NCBI GenBank assembly: GCA_964584135.1 | Contig: CAZOYN010000002.1 | Coordinates: 918-40,234 of the forward strand | Length of the DNA: 39,317 nt | Origin: an uncultured Candidatus Saccharibacteria bacterium | Lineage (GTDB): Bacteria; Patescibacteriota; Saccharimonadia; Saccharimonadales; UBA4665 | Reading direction: 5' to 3' | Shown: piece by piece, positions 17,571 to 26,092 of the stretch | Numbering within the stretch: position 1 is the first letter of the stretch | Layout of the letters: each line of letters begins with the position of its first letter | Notes under the pieces: model-generated | What the model saw: the letters and a program-made list of their open reading frames with translations, nothing else | Database searches by the model: none | What the model was told of the DNA's origin: nothing | Translations under genes and position numbers: made by a program

Positions 17571-17617
17571 GCCTGAAGAGCCTTGTGTCCCCAGTTCGAG
17601 TCTGGGAGGAGCCACCA
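17571..17617 (+). repeat. Partial tRNA-Phe copy (3' 47 nt), right-hand att-like repeat
   Basis: Identical base for base to 15846-15892. The flanking bases differ on both sides. Confidence 0.9.
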
Positions 17618-17934
17618 GAGAAGAATCGTGAATGTCTACATTGCTGGTATTCGGCGCGCATGATACCATAAGCACAATGGAGTGCTTCAATAGGCAGTAA
17701 CTATATTAGGCGTGAGACTATGCAAAGAAGATAGCTAAACAGTCCATGTGAACGACCCCGTACCTAGAGGATAAAATTAACTCTAATACAGGCACCCACA
17801 GAGATAGCTCTGAAGCCAGCAGAACGTCGAGTGACAGCTTTGAGCCTGTTGTTGGTAACCTCAATCGAAGCGGCCGCGACTTTCTCCGCAACAGTAGTGG
17901 CCCAGTCCGAGGCCTGATCCGTTCCTTAATCGTC

Positions 17935-19584
17935 TTGTTTGTTGTCACCCTGGGCTTTATTCTGTTGCATTCCTGGGCTTCTGTACCACAAGCTAGCTGC
18001 ACCAAGATCTTGAGTCCAACCACTGACTTTGCTGGCTTGGTCAATGGCCTAAGCGCTGGTGATGTTGCCTGTTTGCACGCGGGTACCTATAGTGCGCTCG
18101 GTACGACCAACTCCTGGACTAAGTCTGGTAGTTCTACAGCCCCCATCACCGTCGAAGCTGCGCCTGGTGCCACCGTCTTGGTTAAGGGCTACACCTGGCT
18201 TAACGCCAGCTATATCAACGTTTACGGCCTAACCTTTGACGGACCGACTGGCAACGTCAATGTGTCCAACACCCCTAACGGTGAACAAGATGTCCTAGCC
18301 CTGGCTGGCAATAATATCGTGCTCGACCACAGCGAAGTCCGTAATGGCCTGTGGAACGCCGGTATCTTCAGCAGCGGCAGCAACATCACTATCCAGCACT
18401 CCTATATCCACGATAACGGCTCCTGGAACAACCCCAGTGAACAACATCCGGGGGGCGCAGCAAGTAACTTAGATCAAGGCATTTACGTCGGGGAAGGCTC
18501 AAACATCAAGATCCTTAACAACGTCATTTCGCATAACCTCGCTCAAGGCTTACAGATATATCCTAGCCCTACCAACGTCTTAGTAGCAAACAACACCATT
18601 GTTAACAACGGCACGTGGTCTGTTTCGGGACACGGTGCCGGAATTGTAGAGGAAGGCAGCTCTAGCAGCGTAACAATCATAAATAACATAATTGCAAATA
18701 ATGACGGCTATGATATACATACGGCCGGTAGCTTAAGTGGTAGCGGTAATACTGCGTCGTATAACATCAGCTGGCACAATACGGCCGGAGTATGGAACGA
18801 CTCAAGCGGCATTAGCTTGGGCAATAATCTAAACGTTGACCCAAAGTTTGTCTCGGCAACAGATTTTCATCTTCAGCTTGGCAGTCCAGCTATTGACGCT
18901 GGTACCAGCACTAATGCCCCTAACACTGATTACGCTGATACTAGCCGCCCCCAGGGCAGCGGCTATGATATCGGTGCCTACGAATACCTTTCAAGCACGG
19001 GTAGCCCAGACACTACTCCACCCATTGTTAGTATCACAGCCCCAGCGCAAAATGCCACACTCAGCGGCACCGTTAGAGTGTCGGCTTCGGCTAGTGACAA
19101 TACAGGAGTGACAAAAATAGAGTTTTACCTTGATAACACACTGCAACAAAGCGGCATCGCCACTACCTACAGTTGGGATACTACTACTGCAAGTAATGCC
19201 GGGCACACCTTACTGGTTAAAGCCTATGATGCCGCAGGCAGTGTGGGTTCCAGTAACTCCCTGGCTGTGACGGTCAGTAATGCTCCGCCGCTAGCACCGT
19301 CAGCCGACACCACAGCGCCTTCTACCCCCACTAAACTGACTGCTGTTCTCATACAGGGAGGCCATAGTATCAAGTTAAGCTGGCAGGCAAGCACGGATAA
19401 TGTCGGCGTAGCGGGCTATTACATCTGGCGTAACGGTGTAAAAATAGTGGCCACAACATCTAATCCATACAGTGACTATGCAACCGATCCACGCGTAAAA
19501 TATACCTATTACGTTGTCGCATTCGACGCAGCCGGCAATCTAAGCCAGCCTTCGAGTTCAGTTATTCTAACGACAAGAAAATAA
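17935..19584 (+). CDS. Secreted right-handed beta-helix protein (polysaccharide lyase/hydrolase-like) with C-terminal Ig-like and FN3 domains
   Basis: Beta-helix rungs (ILNNVISHN, VANNTIVNNG, IINNIIANNDG), a DIGAYEY terminus, an Ig-like domain (PPIVSITAPAQNATLSGTVRVSASASDNTGVTKIEFYLD) and FN3 (LSWQASTDNVGVAGYYIWRNG). The only in-frame start is TTG 17935. The signal-like N-terminus lacks a basic n-region. Confidence 0.7.
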   Translation: MFVVTLGFILLHSWASVPQASCTKILSPTTDFAGLVNGLSAGDVACLHAGTYSALGTTNSWTKSGSSTAPITVEAAPGATVLVKGYTWLNASYINVYGLTFDGPTGNVNVSNTPNGEQDVLALAGNNIVLDHSEVRNGLWNAGIFSSGSNITIQHSYIHDNGSWNNPSEQHPGGAASNLDQGIYVGEGSNIKILNNVISHNLAQGLQIYPSPTNVLVANNTIVNNGTWSVSGHGAGIVEEGSSSSVTIINNIIANNDGYDIHTAGSLSGSGNTASYNISWHNTAGVWNDSSGISLGNNLNVDPKFVSATDFHLQLGSPAIDAGTSTNAPNTDYADTSRPQGSGYDIGAYEYLSSTGSPDTTPPIVSITAPAQNATLSGTVRVSASASDNTGVTKIEFYLDNTLQQSGIATTYSWDTTTASNAGHTLLVKAYDAAGSVGSSNSLAVTVSNAPPLAPSADTTAPSTPTKLTAVLIQGGHSIKLSWQASTDNVGVAGYYIWRNGVKIVATTSNPYSDYATDPRVKYTYYVVAFDAAGNLSQPSSSVILTTRK

Positions 19585-19747
19585 TAATCGCTGCTCCAGG
19601 CTTTTCTTTTAGTTTGTTAGTTCAATCAGGGTAGGGAGCACTGTTGTGTTTCAATAGAAGCTTGCATCTCTTCCTCCGCTTGTTCAACGGCAGTTACACC
19701 GAGCCTACGCACGACAAACTCTTGCTCGGTATGTAACACGGTTTCGG

Positions 19748-20812
19748 TCAAGTTCTTTTCAGGCGACCGCTTTTGAGGATTTGTTGGAACTCTTGGCGCT
19801 CACCAAGCCAGAAGCTAAAGGTCATCAGCACAATCGTCCCGTAGGCCGGCCAGGCCAGCCACAGCCAGTGGCCGTGCTGGGACAAAAAGCCCGGGCCGGT
19901 GGGCTGCGTGGGCAGGGCGAAGCCGCCAGTGCCGGGCACTTTGATGAGTGCCGCCAGCTGCAGGAACGCCCGCTGTCCATTGGCGTCCGTCGCTTGGATG
20001 CGCACCGGGTAGTAGCCCGATTTTTTATAGCGGTGCTCGATCTGAAGCGCCAGGTTTTTATCAAGCAGCCTGCTCGAAGTACTGCCATCACTCCAGTCCA
20101 CCAGCAGATAGAATGGTGGCCGCCCTCCCAGCACTACGACGGACCAGTTGAATGTGCTACCCGGCGCAAAGGCCTGGAAATGGAACTCGCTCGATAAGAA
20201 CAGCGGCAAGGTGCTGCCGGCAGCGGCTGGGCCGGTAACCACGATGCCCTGTGGCCGAGTCGGCCGCTGGGTGATGGGCTGGCCCGGAGATTGGGCCGGC
20301 GGCGCGTAGGTAACGTGGACGCTCGGTGTGGCCGGTCCTGGATCGTCCGTGGTGTTATAGTCTTGCGCTGTCAGCACATTCATACCTTCCATCAGCCCGG
20401 TCTGGATATCGAAGGTGCCGTTGGCGTTGCACCAGGCGGTGCCGTCAAAGGCACCATTGAGCGTCAGCTTAACGTAGGAGTTCTGCGGGCAGGTGCCGTG
20501 GACAGTAATTGGCACCGAGGTGAACACTTGGCCGTCGGTGGGATAGGTGATGACTGCCCCCTGGCTGAGTGGCGGGGCTGGTACCCGGCCATTGACGGTG
20601 TAGGAAACGGCAACCGTCTTCACCGTCCAGCCGGCAATGAATACGCCGACACACAGCAAGCCGAAGACGGTGATGGGGTGTATCAGGAATCGCCGGTGCA
20701 GGGGTTGGCGCCGCCGGATAGTACGTTTCACGCGAGCCCGCTGCCGGTGCGTGGCCGTAGCCCGCTTGGTTTTAGTAGTGCGCCGCTTGGCGCTGGGTTT
20801 TTTGGTTTTCAT
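19748..20812 (-). CDS. Surface-cluster gene 9: membrane protein anchored at both ends, with Ig/PKD-like ectodomains
   Basis: Lys/Arg-rich N-tail plus a TM helix (ITVFGLLCVGVFIAGW). PKD-like block (VDWSDGSTS...HRYKKSGYYPVRIQATDANG). C-terminal TM (AYGTIVLMTFSFWL). Confidence 0.7.
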   Translation of the reverse strand: MKTKKPSAKRRTTKTKRATATHRQRARVKRTIRRRQPLHRRFLIHPITVFGLLCVGVFIAGWTVKTVAVSYTVNGRVPAPPLSQGAVITYPTDGQVFTSVPITVHGTCPQNSYVKLTLNGAFDGTAWCNANGTFDIQTGLMEGMNVLTAQDYNTTDDPGPATPSVHVTYAPPAQSPGQPITQRPTRPQGIVVTGPAAAGSTLPLFLSSEFHFQAFAPGSTFNWSVVVLGGRPPFYLLVDWSDGSTSSRLLDKNLALQIEHRYKKSGYYPVRIQATDANGQRAFLQLAALIKVPGTGGFALPTQPTGPGFLSQHGHWLWLAWPAYGTIVLMTFSFWLGERQEFQQILKSGRLKRT

Positions 20813-20877
20813 TTAGCTGCTTATATTATTAAACAATAGCAGTAATAATGCCAGAGGGTTTGCGCGAAATAAGCCAC

Positions 20878-21381
20878 CTACTTGATAACTTGCATGGTGT
20901 TGAATAGGGTGCGCCAACTATCGGTCGATAGAGGCTTGGCGGGGCTCACAAACACCAATGTACCGCTTGTGAATACCACTGCCTCTTCCTTGCCCTTCAG
21001 CTCAGTAGGCCGCACAAGGTTGACCGTACCATTGGCCGTGCCAATACTTTTAAACTGGTTCAATTTAGTAAGCAGAGTGGGATAAAACTGCGGGATGTCG
21101 TTGAACTGGCTGGGCGCTGCCTGCTCATTAAAAGTAATTGCGTTGTCAGTGCTGTGGGCAGTAAAACTCAAAACTCCAGACTGCGGATTGTAACTGTAGT
21201 CACTGGGAGCTACCTGCAGGGGTGCAGCTGGTATATAGACTACGAAACTGACCTGTTTAGCAATCGGGCTGGGCAGAGGACTTCCAGACTGGTCTTTTAT
21301 AGATATGACGAGCACAACCAACCCAATCGCTAAAACTATGGCTACACAGATCCAAAATATACGAAAGTGTAGTATTTTCAT
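20878..21381 (-). CDS. Surface-cluster gene 8: N-terminally anchored small ectoprotein (DUF4367/LolA-like pattern)
   Basis: TM helix IFWICVAIVLAIGLVVLVISI followed by about 135 aa. The ATG directly abuts the giant gene's stop (TAGATG). Confidence 0.7.
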   Translation of the reverse strand: MKILHFRIFWICVAIVLAIGLVVLVISIKDQSGSPLPSPIAKQVSFVVYIPAAPLQVAPSDYSYNPQSGVLSFTAHSTDNAITFNEQAAPSQFNDIPQFYPTLLTKLNQFKSIGTANGTVNLVRPTELKGKEEAVVFTSGTLVFVSPAKPLSTDSWRTLFNTMQVIK

Positions 21382-24300
21382 CTATCTTATATTTATATCA
21401 ACCAGAATTGAGCCGCGGCAGGTATCGGCATTAGCCGTGGTGCTGCACTGGGTACCTGGCGCGTTGAATGGCGACTGAGCCAGGCCAAGATAGGTATAGG
21501 GGATGTCCGTTTGGGCAAGCGTAACCAGGGCTGAGGTGTTAACAAAGCCGGCAGTGGCCGTGGGTTTTACGTACGCCCCGACTGAACCGGCGGTGGCTTG
21601 CACGTACACTGGCCCAGCAACCGCAGCAAAACCTGTAATGGTATTAGTAGACGTAAAGCCATTCCATGAGACGAGCACACCAAAGAACGGGCTGGTTGTG
21701 GCGCTCGTAGGCGCTACTTCACCAATAGTTCCGTTCAGCTTCAAGGCCTGTCCAATTGCGGTTGCGGTTGCCACTACTACAGGTATCTTGGTAGAGGTGG
21801 TAAAAGGACGCGTATCATAAATTATACCAATGCCGCTGCCACCAGAGATTTCCTTTATAGTTGCCAGGCAGATAGATGGAGACCCTGGGCTCCACGTGCC
21901 AGGCACAGAGGCAGAAGTTTCCGTGATACTGGCCGTACCGAACGTCGGCTGGTTGCCGGCTGTGAAGACGCAGAGATTTTGGAAGACCGATCCGGTAGTG
22001 GTGATACCTGTAGTGTAATCAGTCGTTTGGGCGTTTATGATTTCCTTCCGGCCATAGGCGTATAGCGTACAGCCTGTCCAGCGGATACTATTAGCCACAC
22101 TGCCCATGTAAACCCTGCAGGGCCCTTTGGAGGTATCACTACCTGCCACGCCGGCTACGTCGCCGGCGTTGGAGTTTGCTCCACTATCTGGGACCACGCC
22201 AAACATTATCATCCCCAAGCCCGCTGTTGATACTAGGTCTTCCCAGTTACCAACACTATTAATGGTGTCATTAATGCAAGCTCTGATTGAGTTCGTAACG
22301 GTGTTATAGTATAGCGCGCCGTTGTTCAGAGTAGTTGAGCAGGAGCTAGAGGCATCGGTATATGTGTTGTACGAATCCAGTCCTAATACTACTTGGTTGG
22401 CGTCGCTGGTTTGTGAACCGATTTGGACTGCTTTTTTGTGATTATCAGCACTAAAAATCATATTCAGTCCCTGCCAGTCCCAAACCTGCAATATCGCTCC
22501 TTCATCTGAACTTGTATGAATTACCAGCGGGCTACTAATGATACCGCGCAGTTGGATTGCAGCTGGGTTGTAAGGTCCCACGCTGCCTCCAGAGGTTAAC
22601 TGGACAGCATCTATCCACAAGGTACCGCTGGTTGTGGTGCTGCTAATAGTCACGCTGTTGAAAGTACTGGTGGCGGTAACGGTACAGGTATAACGCTGCC
22701 AGCCGCTGCCCGATACCCACGATGTACTATTAAGCGTGCAGGTCGCTCCACCTATTGTAGGACTGACGAGTGTAACTGACGCTACCGAAGCAGTAGCAAA
22801 GAAACTAAAGGCATAGGTGCCAGTCGGCAGCGTAGTACCGAGTGCCACCGTTGCCCCAGGTGTGGTGGTGCCAAGGGTGATGGCCATGCTGCCAGTGCCT
22901 TCATAGACTTCACTGGTACTAAAAGTTCGACTAGTGGACGCGATGGTCGCATTGCCAGTGGCCGACCAGCTGGATATACCTGTCTCAAAATCTGAGTTAG
23001 GGATTAAGTTATTCGTCGTTGTATCTACCGATAATAGTGAAGAGGCGCTGGAGTTTTGCACTTGAAAAGCTGCGTTGGAATTAGAACTAGCTTCAAAGAA
23101 TGCCGGGTTTGTGACAGTACCACGTAACTGTATGGCACCGATGTCATAGGGTTGCAATACCGAACCGCTGGCGAGCATGACGGCATCGACGTATAGCGTG
23201 GCGTTCAGCGTCGAAGTAGTTATAACAATCGACGTGGTGGTACCGGTCGTTGTAACGGTGCAAGAGTAGCGCTGGAAACCAGTATTAGAAATGCTGGTTG
23301 AACTAAGGCTGCAGGTACCGCCTCCGCCCGTAAAGCTGACAGTTGAAGCCAATGTGATAGAACTATCGCTCATAGCGTAGAAACTAAAAGTATAGGTACC
23401 GGCTGAAAGCGTGGAGGTAAAACTATTTACGGTGGCTGTGGTATTGCCCGACGTAGCAGTCGTACATTTTAGGCTGGCGAGACCGTAGTAAACCCGTGAT
23501 ACGGTGGCGGTATTTTGCACACAGCTGGCACCCGTGCCGCTACCACTCCAGCCCGAGACCCCGGTTTCAAAACCAGGGTTGGTCAGCAAGTTGCTGTTCG
23601 TCGTATCCACCAGTAAAACAGGCTCACTATTGGCGTTTTGGACCTGGAAAGCGGTAGCAGAGCCGGCTGCGGCAGTATTCTGGACAGTATCGCCACTGTT
23701 ACTAATCGTTTCAGTGGTAGCGCCAGCCTGCAAAGTTATGGTGGTGCTGCTCTGAGTGTTCCCCGCGGTTATAGCCTTGTTCTGGGCACCGTTACCAATA
23801 AGAATGCTGGGTGTGGAGCCGCTGGTGGCGTCGAGCGTTAAATTGCCACTGGAAGTCGTCAGCGTAGAAGCGGCATTGCCCTGCAATGTGATGGCTCCAC
23901 CGGACACGGAGATGCCAGCGCTACCGGTGATCAGCGCGCTGAAGGTTTTGGCACCGCCGATTGTTTGGGGGCTGGCGTTTATGACGCCAGGGTGGGTGCC
24001 ATCTGCCGAGTTGAGATTGAGCACCGAACCAGTCAGCGTAGCGCCGTTAGCGTTGGCTGATCCGGCTGAATCAACTGCCCCGAGGCTAATACCTCCCCCA
24101 CAGCTGCCCCATTGCAACCCAGTCACCGTGCTGGTAGAAGCTGAGGTTGATTGCAGGCACTGGGTGCCGGTGGCACCGCTGGTTGCCCAAGACAGCGAAT
24201 AGCTGTTGGCCAGGCCCGGCATGGTCAGGGTGACCGTCCGGTTGTTTGATGTACCGTCCTGGAAGACTATGCCGCCAGTTGCCGTGGTAGAACCTAGCGT

Positions 24301-25080
24301 CAAGGCATTAACCCCTGCCAGCGTGGCCGTAATGCTACTACCGCCAGTCAAGTTATTAAGCAACGTAATGCCGGTCGCAGTGCCACCTCCGAGACTCAGG
24401 GCGCCGCTGGTAGCGGCATCCAATGTATTGGCGTGCACGGTGCCACCGGACTGGATATTGCCGGAGACATTAATGCTGCCGGACTGCTGTGAGCCGGGGC
24501 TCAGTTGCACCAGCTGGCTGACTGTCAGGCCGCCGACGCGGTTGGCGTTCAGGGCTTGGGGTACAGCCGTCAGGCGGATGAAGGGGGTCATTTCGCCGTC
24601 GCCACCACAGCCTGTGTGAAAGCTAGTTGTTGATGAAGTGACCGTACACGAGCTGGTGTTGCCGACCTGGAACGACAGCCACAAGGTGTCTTGGTTGAAG
24701 TCCACCCCGGTGTTGGTTTTGGCGCCGCAGGTACTGCCAGCCAGCGCACAGATCGAGCCCAGGTTGACGTTAAAGGTACCACTGCTGACGCTCACACCGC
24801 CGGTACTTGGCATGCCGGTGCTGCCAGAGACCAGGTAGTCCTCGGTCCACATCAGCGTGCTGCCGGTCCCGCTGCTGTTGCCGTCCTGGTAGATCTTGAA
24901 CTCCATGTCGTAGGTGCCGTCCGCCAGGTTCACGCCGCTGCTATTGACAACCTTACCCTGAAACGTTAGCTGTTGGTTGATGCCGGCGGCAGCCTGAACC
25001 GGCGCAGCTTGCGTAAGGCATGCTGCAACCAGCCCCACAACCAGTAATCCAATACCCTCAAAAGCTTTTCTGCCAGACAT
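21382..25080 (-). CDS. Surface-cluster gene 7: 1232-aa secreted fibre/adhesin-like protein with tandem CBM-like modules
   Basis: Signal peptide (GLLVVGLVAACLTQAAPVQA). N-terminal LTFQGKVVNSSGVNLADGTYDMEFKIY...TFNVNLGS...LTAVPQAL module resembling tail-fibre N-domains. Thr/Ser/Gly-rich beta repeats. Two ~180-aa repeats with an N-x-x-F-E-T-G...W motif. Cys-containing C-terminal region. Confidence 0.85.
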   Translation of the reverse strand: MSGRKAFEGIGLLVVGLVAACLTQAAPVQAAAGINQQLTFQGKVVNSSGVNLADGTYDMEFKIYQDGNSSGTGSTLMWTEDYLVSGSTGMPSTGGVSVSSGTFNVNLGSICALAGSTCGAKTNTGVDFNQDTLWLSFQVGNTSSCTVTSSTTSFHTGCGGDGEMTPFIRLTAVPQALNANRVGGLTVSQLVQLSPGSQQSGSINVSGNIQSGGTVHANTLDAATSGALSLGGGTATGITLLNNLTGGSSITATLAGVNALTLGSTTATGGIVFQDGTSNNRTVTLTMPGLANSYSLSWATSGATGTQCLQSTSASTSTVTGLQWGSCGGGISLGAVDSAGSANANGATLTGSVLNLNSADGTHPGVINASPQTIGGAKTFSALITGSAGISVSGGAITLQGNAASTLTTSSGNLTLDATSGSTPSILIGNGAQNKAITAGNTQSSTTITLQAGATTETISNSGDTVQNTAAAGSATAFQVQNANSEPVLLVDTTNSNLLTNPGFETGVSGWSGSGTGASCVQNTATVSRVYYGLASLKCTTATSGNTTATVNSFTSTLSAGTYTFSFYAMSDSSITLASTVSFTGGGGTCSLSSTSISNTGFQRYSCTVTTTGTTTSIVITTSTLNATLYVDAVMLASGSVLQPYDIGAIQLRGTVTNPAFFEASSNSNAAFQVQNSSASSLLSVDTTTNNLIPNSDFETGISSWSATGNATIASTSRTFSTSEVYEGTGSMAITLGTTTPGATVALGTTLPTGTYAFSFFATASVASVTLVSPTIGGATCTLNSTSWVSGSGWQRYTCTVTATSTFNSVTISSTTTSGTLWIDAVQLTSGGSVGPYNPAAIQLRGIISSPLVIHTSSDEGAILQVWDWQGLNMIFSADNHKKAVQIGSQTSDANQVVLGLDSYNTYTDASSSCSTTLNNGALYYNTVTNSIRACINDTINSVGNWEDLVSTAGLGMIMFGVVPDSGANSNAGDVAGVAGSDTSKGPCRVYMGSVANSIRWTGCTLYAYGRKEIINAQTTDYTTGITTTGSVFQNLCVFTAGNQPTFGTASITETSASVPGTWSPGSPSICLATIKEISGGSGIGIIYDTRPFTTSTKIPVVVATATAIGQALKLNGTIGEVAPTSATTSPFFGVLVSWNGFTSTNTITGFAAVAGPVYVQATAGSVGAYVKPTATAGFVNTSALVTLAQTDIPYTYLGLAQSPFNAPGTQCSTTANADTCRGSILVDINIR

Positions 25081-25122
25081 AGGCTACGTGTTTTGGTCCC
25101 TACCCAGACTATTACAGTGGTA

Positions 25123-25151
25123 AGTATAAGTTCTTTAAGCCAGCCAGTCAA
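25123..25151 (-). promoter_or_regulatory. Putative sigma70-type promoter in front of the giant gene
   Basis: On the minus strand: TTGACT (25151-25146), 17-nt spacer, TATACT (25128-25123), about 40 nt upstream of ATG 25080. Confidence 0.45.
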
Positions 25152-25156
25152 TCTGC

Positions 25157-26092
25157 TTACGGCTTAAATCGCCGGGCAACGTACCAAGCCGTTGCCAGCA
25201 GTATCGGCGGCAGTACGAAAAGCCACGGGTTGATGTACAGGAAAGCGACGTTATAGGTTGAGAATTTAGCCGAATTATCCGGCCGGTACCGTATGCGCAC
25301 ATGGTACTCGTGAGGCCACCAGGGGCGTCCCAACTTAACCAGTGGTGTTGGCAGCAGCCGGATGCTACCAGGCAACACCAGGGCTGAATCAGGGTTAATT
25401 ACCCCTGTGGCTATCGGCGATGAGGCTTTGCCGCCGTCAATTGTGACCGTACCCCGCGGGGTTGTCTGGGTATTGCCATCATCCTTAAAAAACAAGTTTA
25501 GGCTGGACGGGATGGAGTACTGTACACCAGTCACTTGGGGTGGTGGCATACTCAGGTCTTGGCTGCCGCCACCAGCGGTCGTGACAAACACTAAAGAGGT
25601 CAGCACTTGGTTGATACTCACCTTATTGCCCGAGCCGCTGGGGCCGGTTTTAAGCAATTGGTAAGTTACGGCGCCGTAATGGCCGCCGGGCGCCAGGCCC
25701 AATAGGCTAAACAAGTGGATGGTGACCTTGGCCGAAGCACCGGCGTCTAGGCCTAACTGCTCGGTACCTAAGCGCACCCAATTAGCCAAGCCGTGGCTTT
25801 GTTCCAAGTTGGTCGCCTGTTCGCCTAAAAAGGCGATGCCGCCAGATTCATTCAGCGTCTTGAAGTCGGCAAAACCGAGCTTGATTTGGACGGGGGAAGC
25901 GGTATTATTGGTGACTTGGACCGTAAAATTAGCTTGGTCCTGGCCGTCCACCAGGTGGAGCTGCTCTAAGACTGGCGCCACCGAGACACCGCTCAGCTTG
26001 GTAGCTGGGGTTGGCCCAGCCGCTCCAGCCGAACCAGCATACATGGCCAGCAGCGCCACGACCACCAGCAAACTGGCTAGACGCTTACGCAT
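25157..26092 (-). CDS. Surface-cluster gene 6: divergent third paralogue of the double beta-sandwich, C-terminally TM-anchored proteins
   Basis: Start MRKRLASLLVVVALLAMYAGSAGA (signal peptide) at 26092 overlaps the upstream stop (TGATG). The track's extra 107 N-terminal residues lie inside the upstream gene. C-terminal TM plus RRFKP. Confidence 0.7.
   Translation of the reverse strand: MRKRLASLLVVVALLAMYAGSAGAAGPTPATKLSGVSVAPVLEQLHLVDGQDQANFTVQVTNNTASPVQIKLGFADFKTLNESGGIAFLGEQATNLEQSHGLANWVRLGTEQLGLDAGASAKVTIHLFSLLGLAPGGHYGAVTYQLLKTGPSGSGNKVSINQVLTSLVFVTTAGGGSQDLSMPPPQVTGVQYSIPSSLNLFFKDDGNTQTTPRGTVTIDGGKASSPIATGVINPDSALVLPGSIRLLPTPLVKLGRPWWPHEYHVRIRYRPDNSAKFSTYNVAFLYINPWLFVLPPILLATAWYVARRFKP

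Larger units (their letters stand above)
15846..17617. mobile_element. Integrase-less mini genomic island at tRNA-Phe, bounded by a 47-bp exact direct repeat (att-like)
   Basis: nt 15846-15892 (tRNA-Phe from the anticodon stem through CCA) are repeated exactly at 17571-17617. About 1.68 kb lies between the copies and carries two coupled genes. Confidence 0.7.

Noticed and set aside
17437-17661. Short ORFs on both strands across the partial tRNA copy
   Set aside because: They overlap the att-like repeat, have Arg/Gly-rich composition and no start context.
21503-24969. Many 60-150-aa plus-strand ORFs inside the giant gene
   Set aside because: These are shadow frames of a long Thr/Ser/Gly-rich gene (GGN/ACN/AGC repeats keep the antisense frames open). 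They have Pro/Val/Ala-rich low-complexity translations and no start context.
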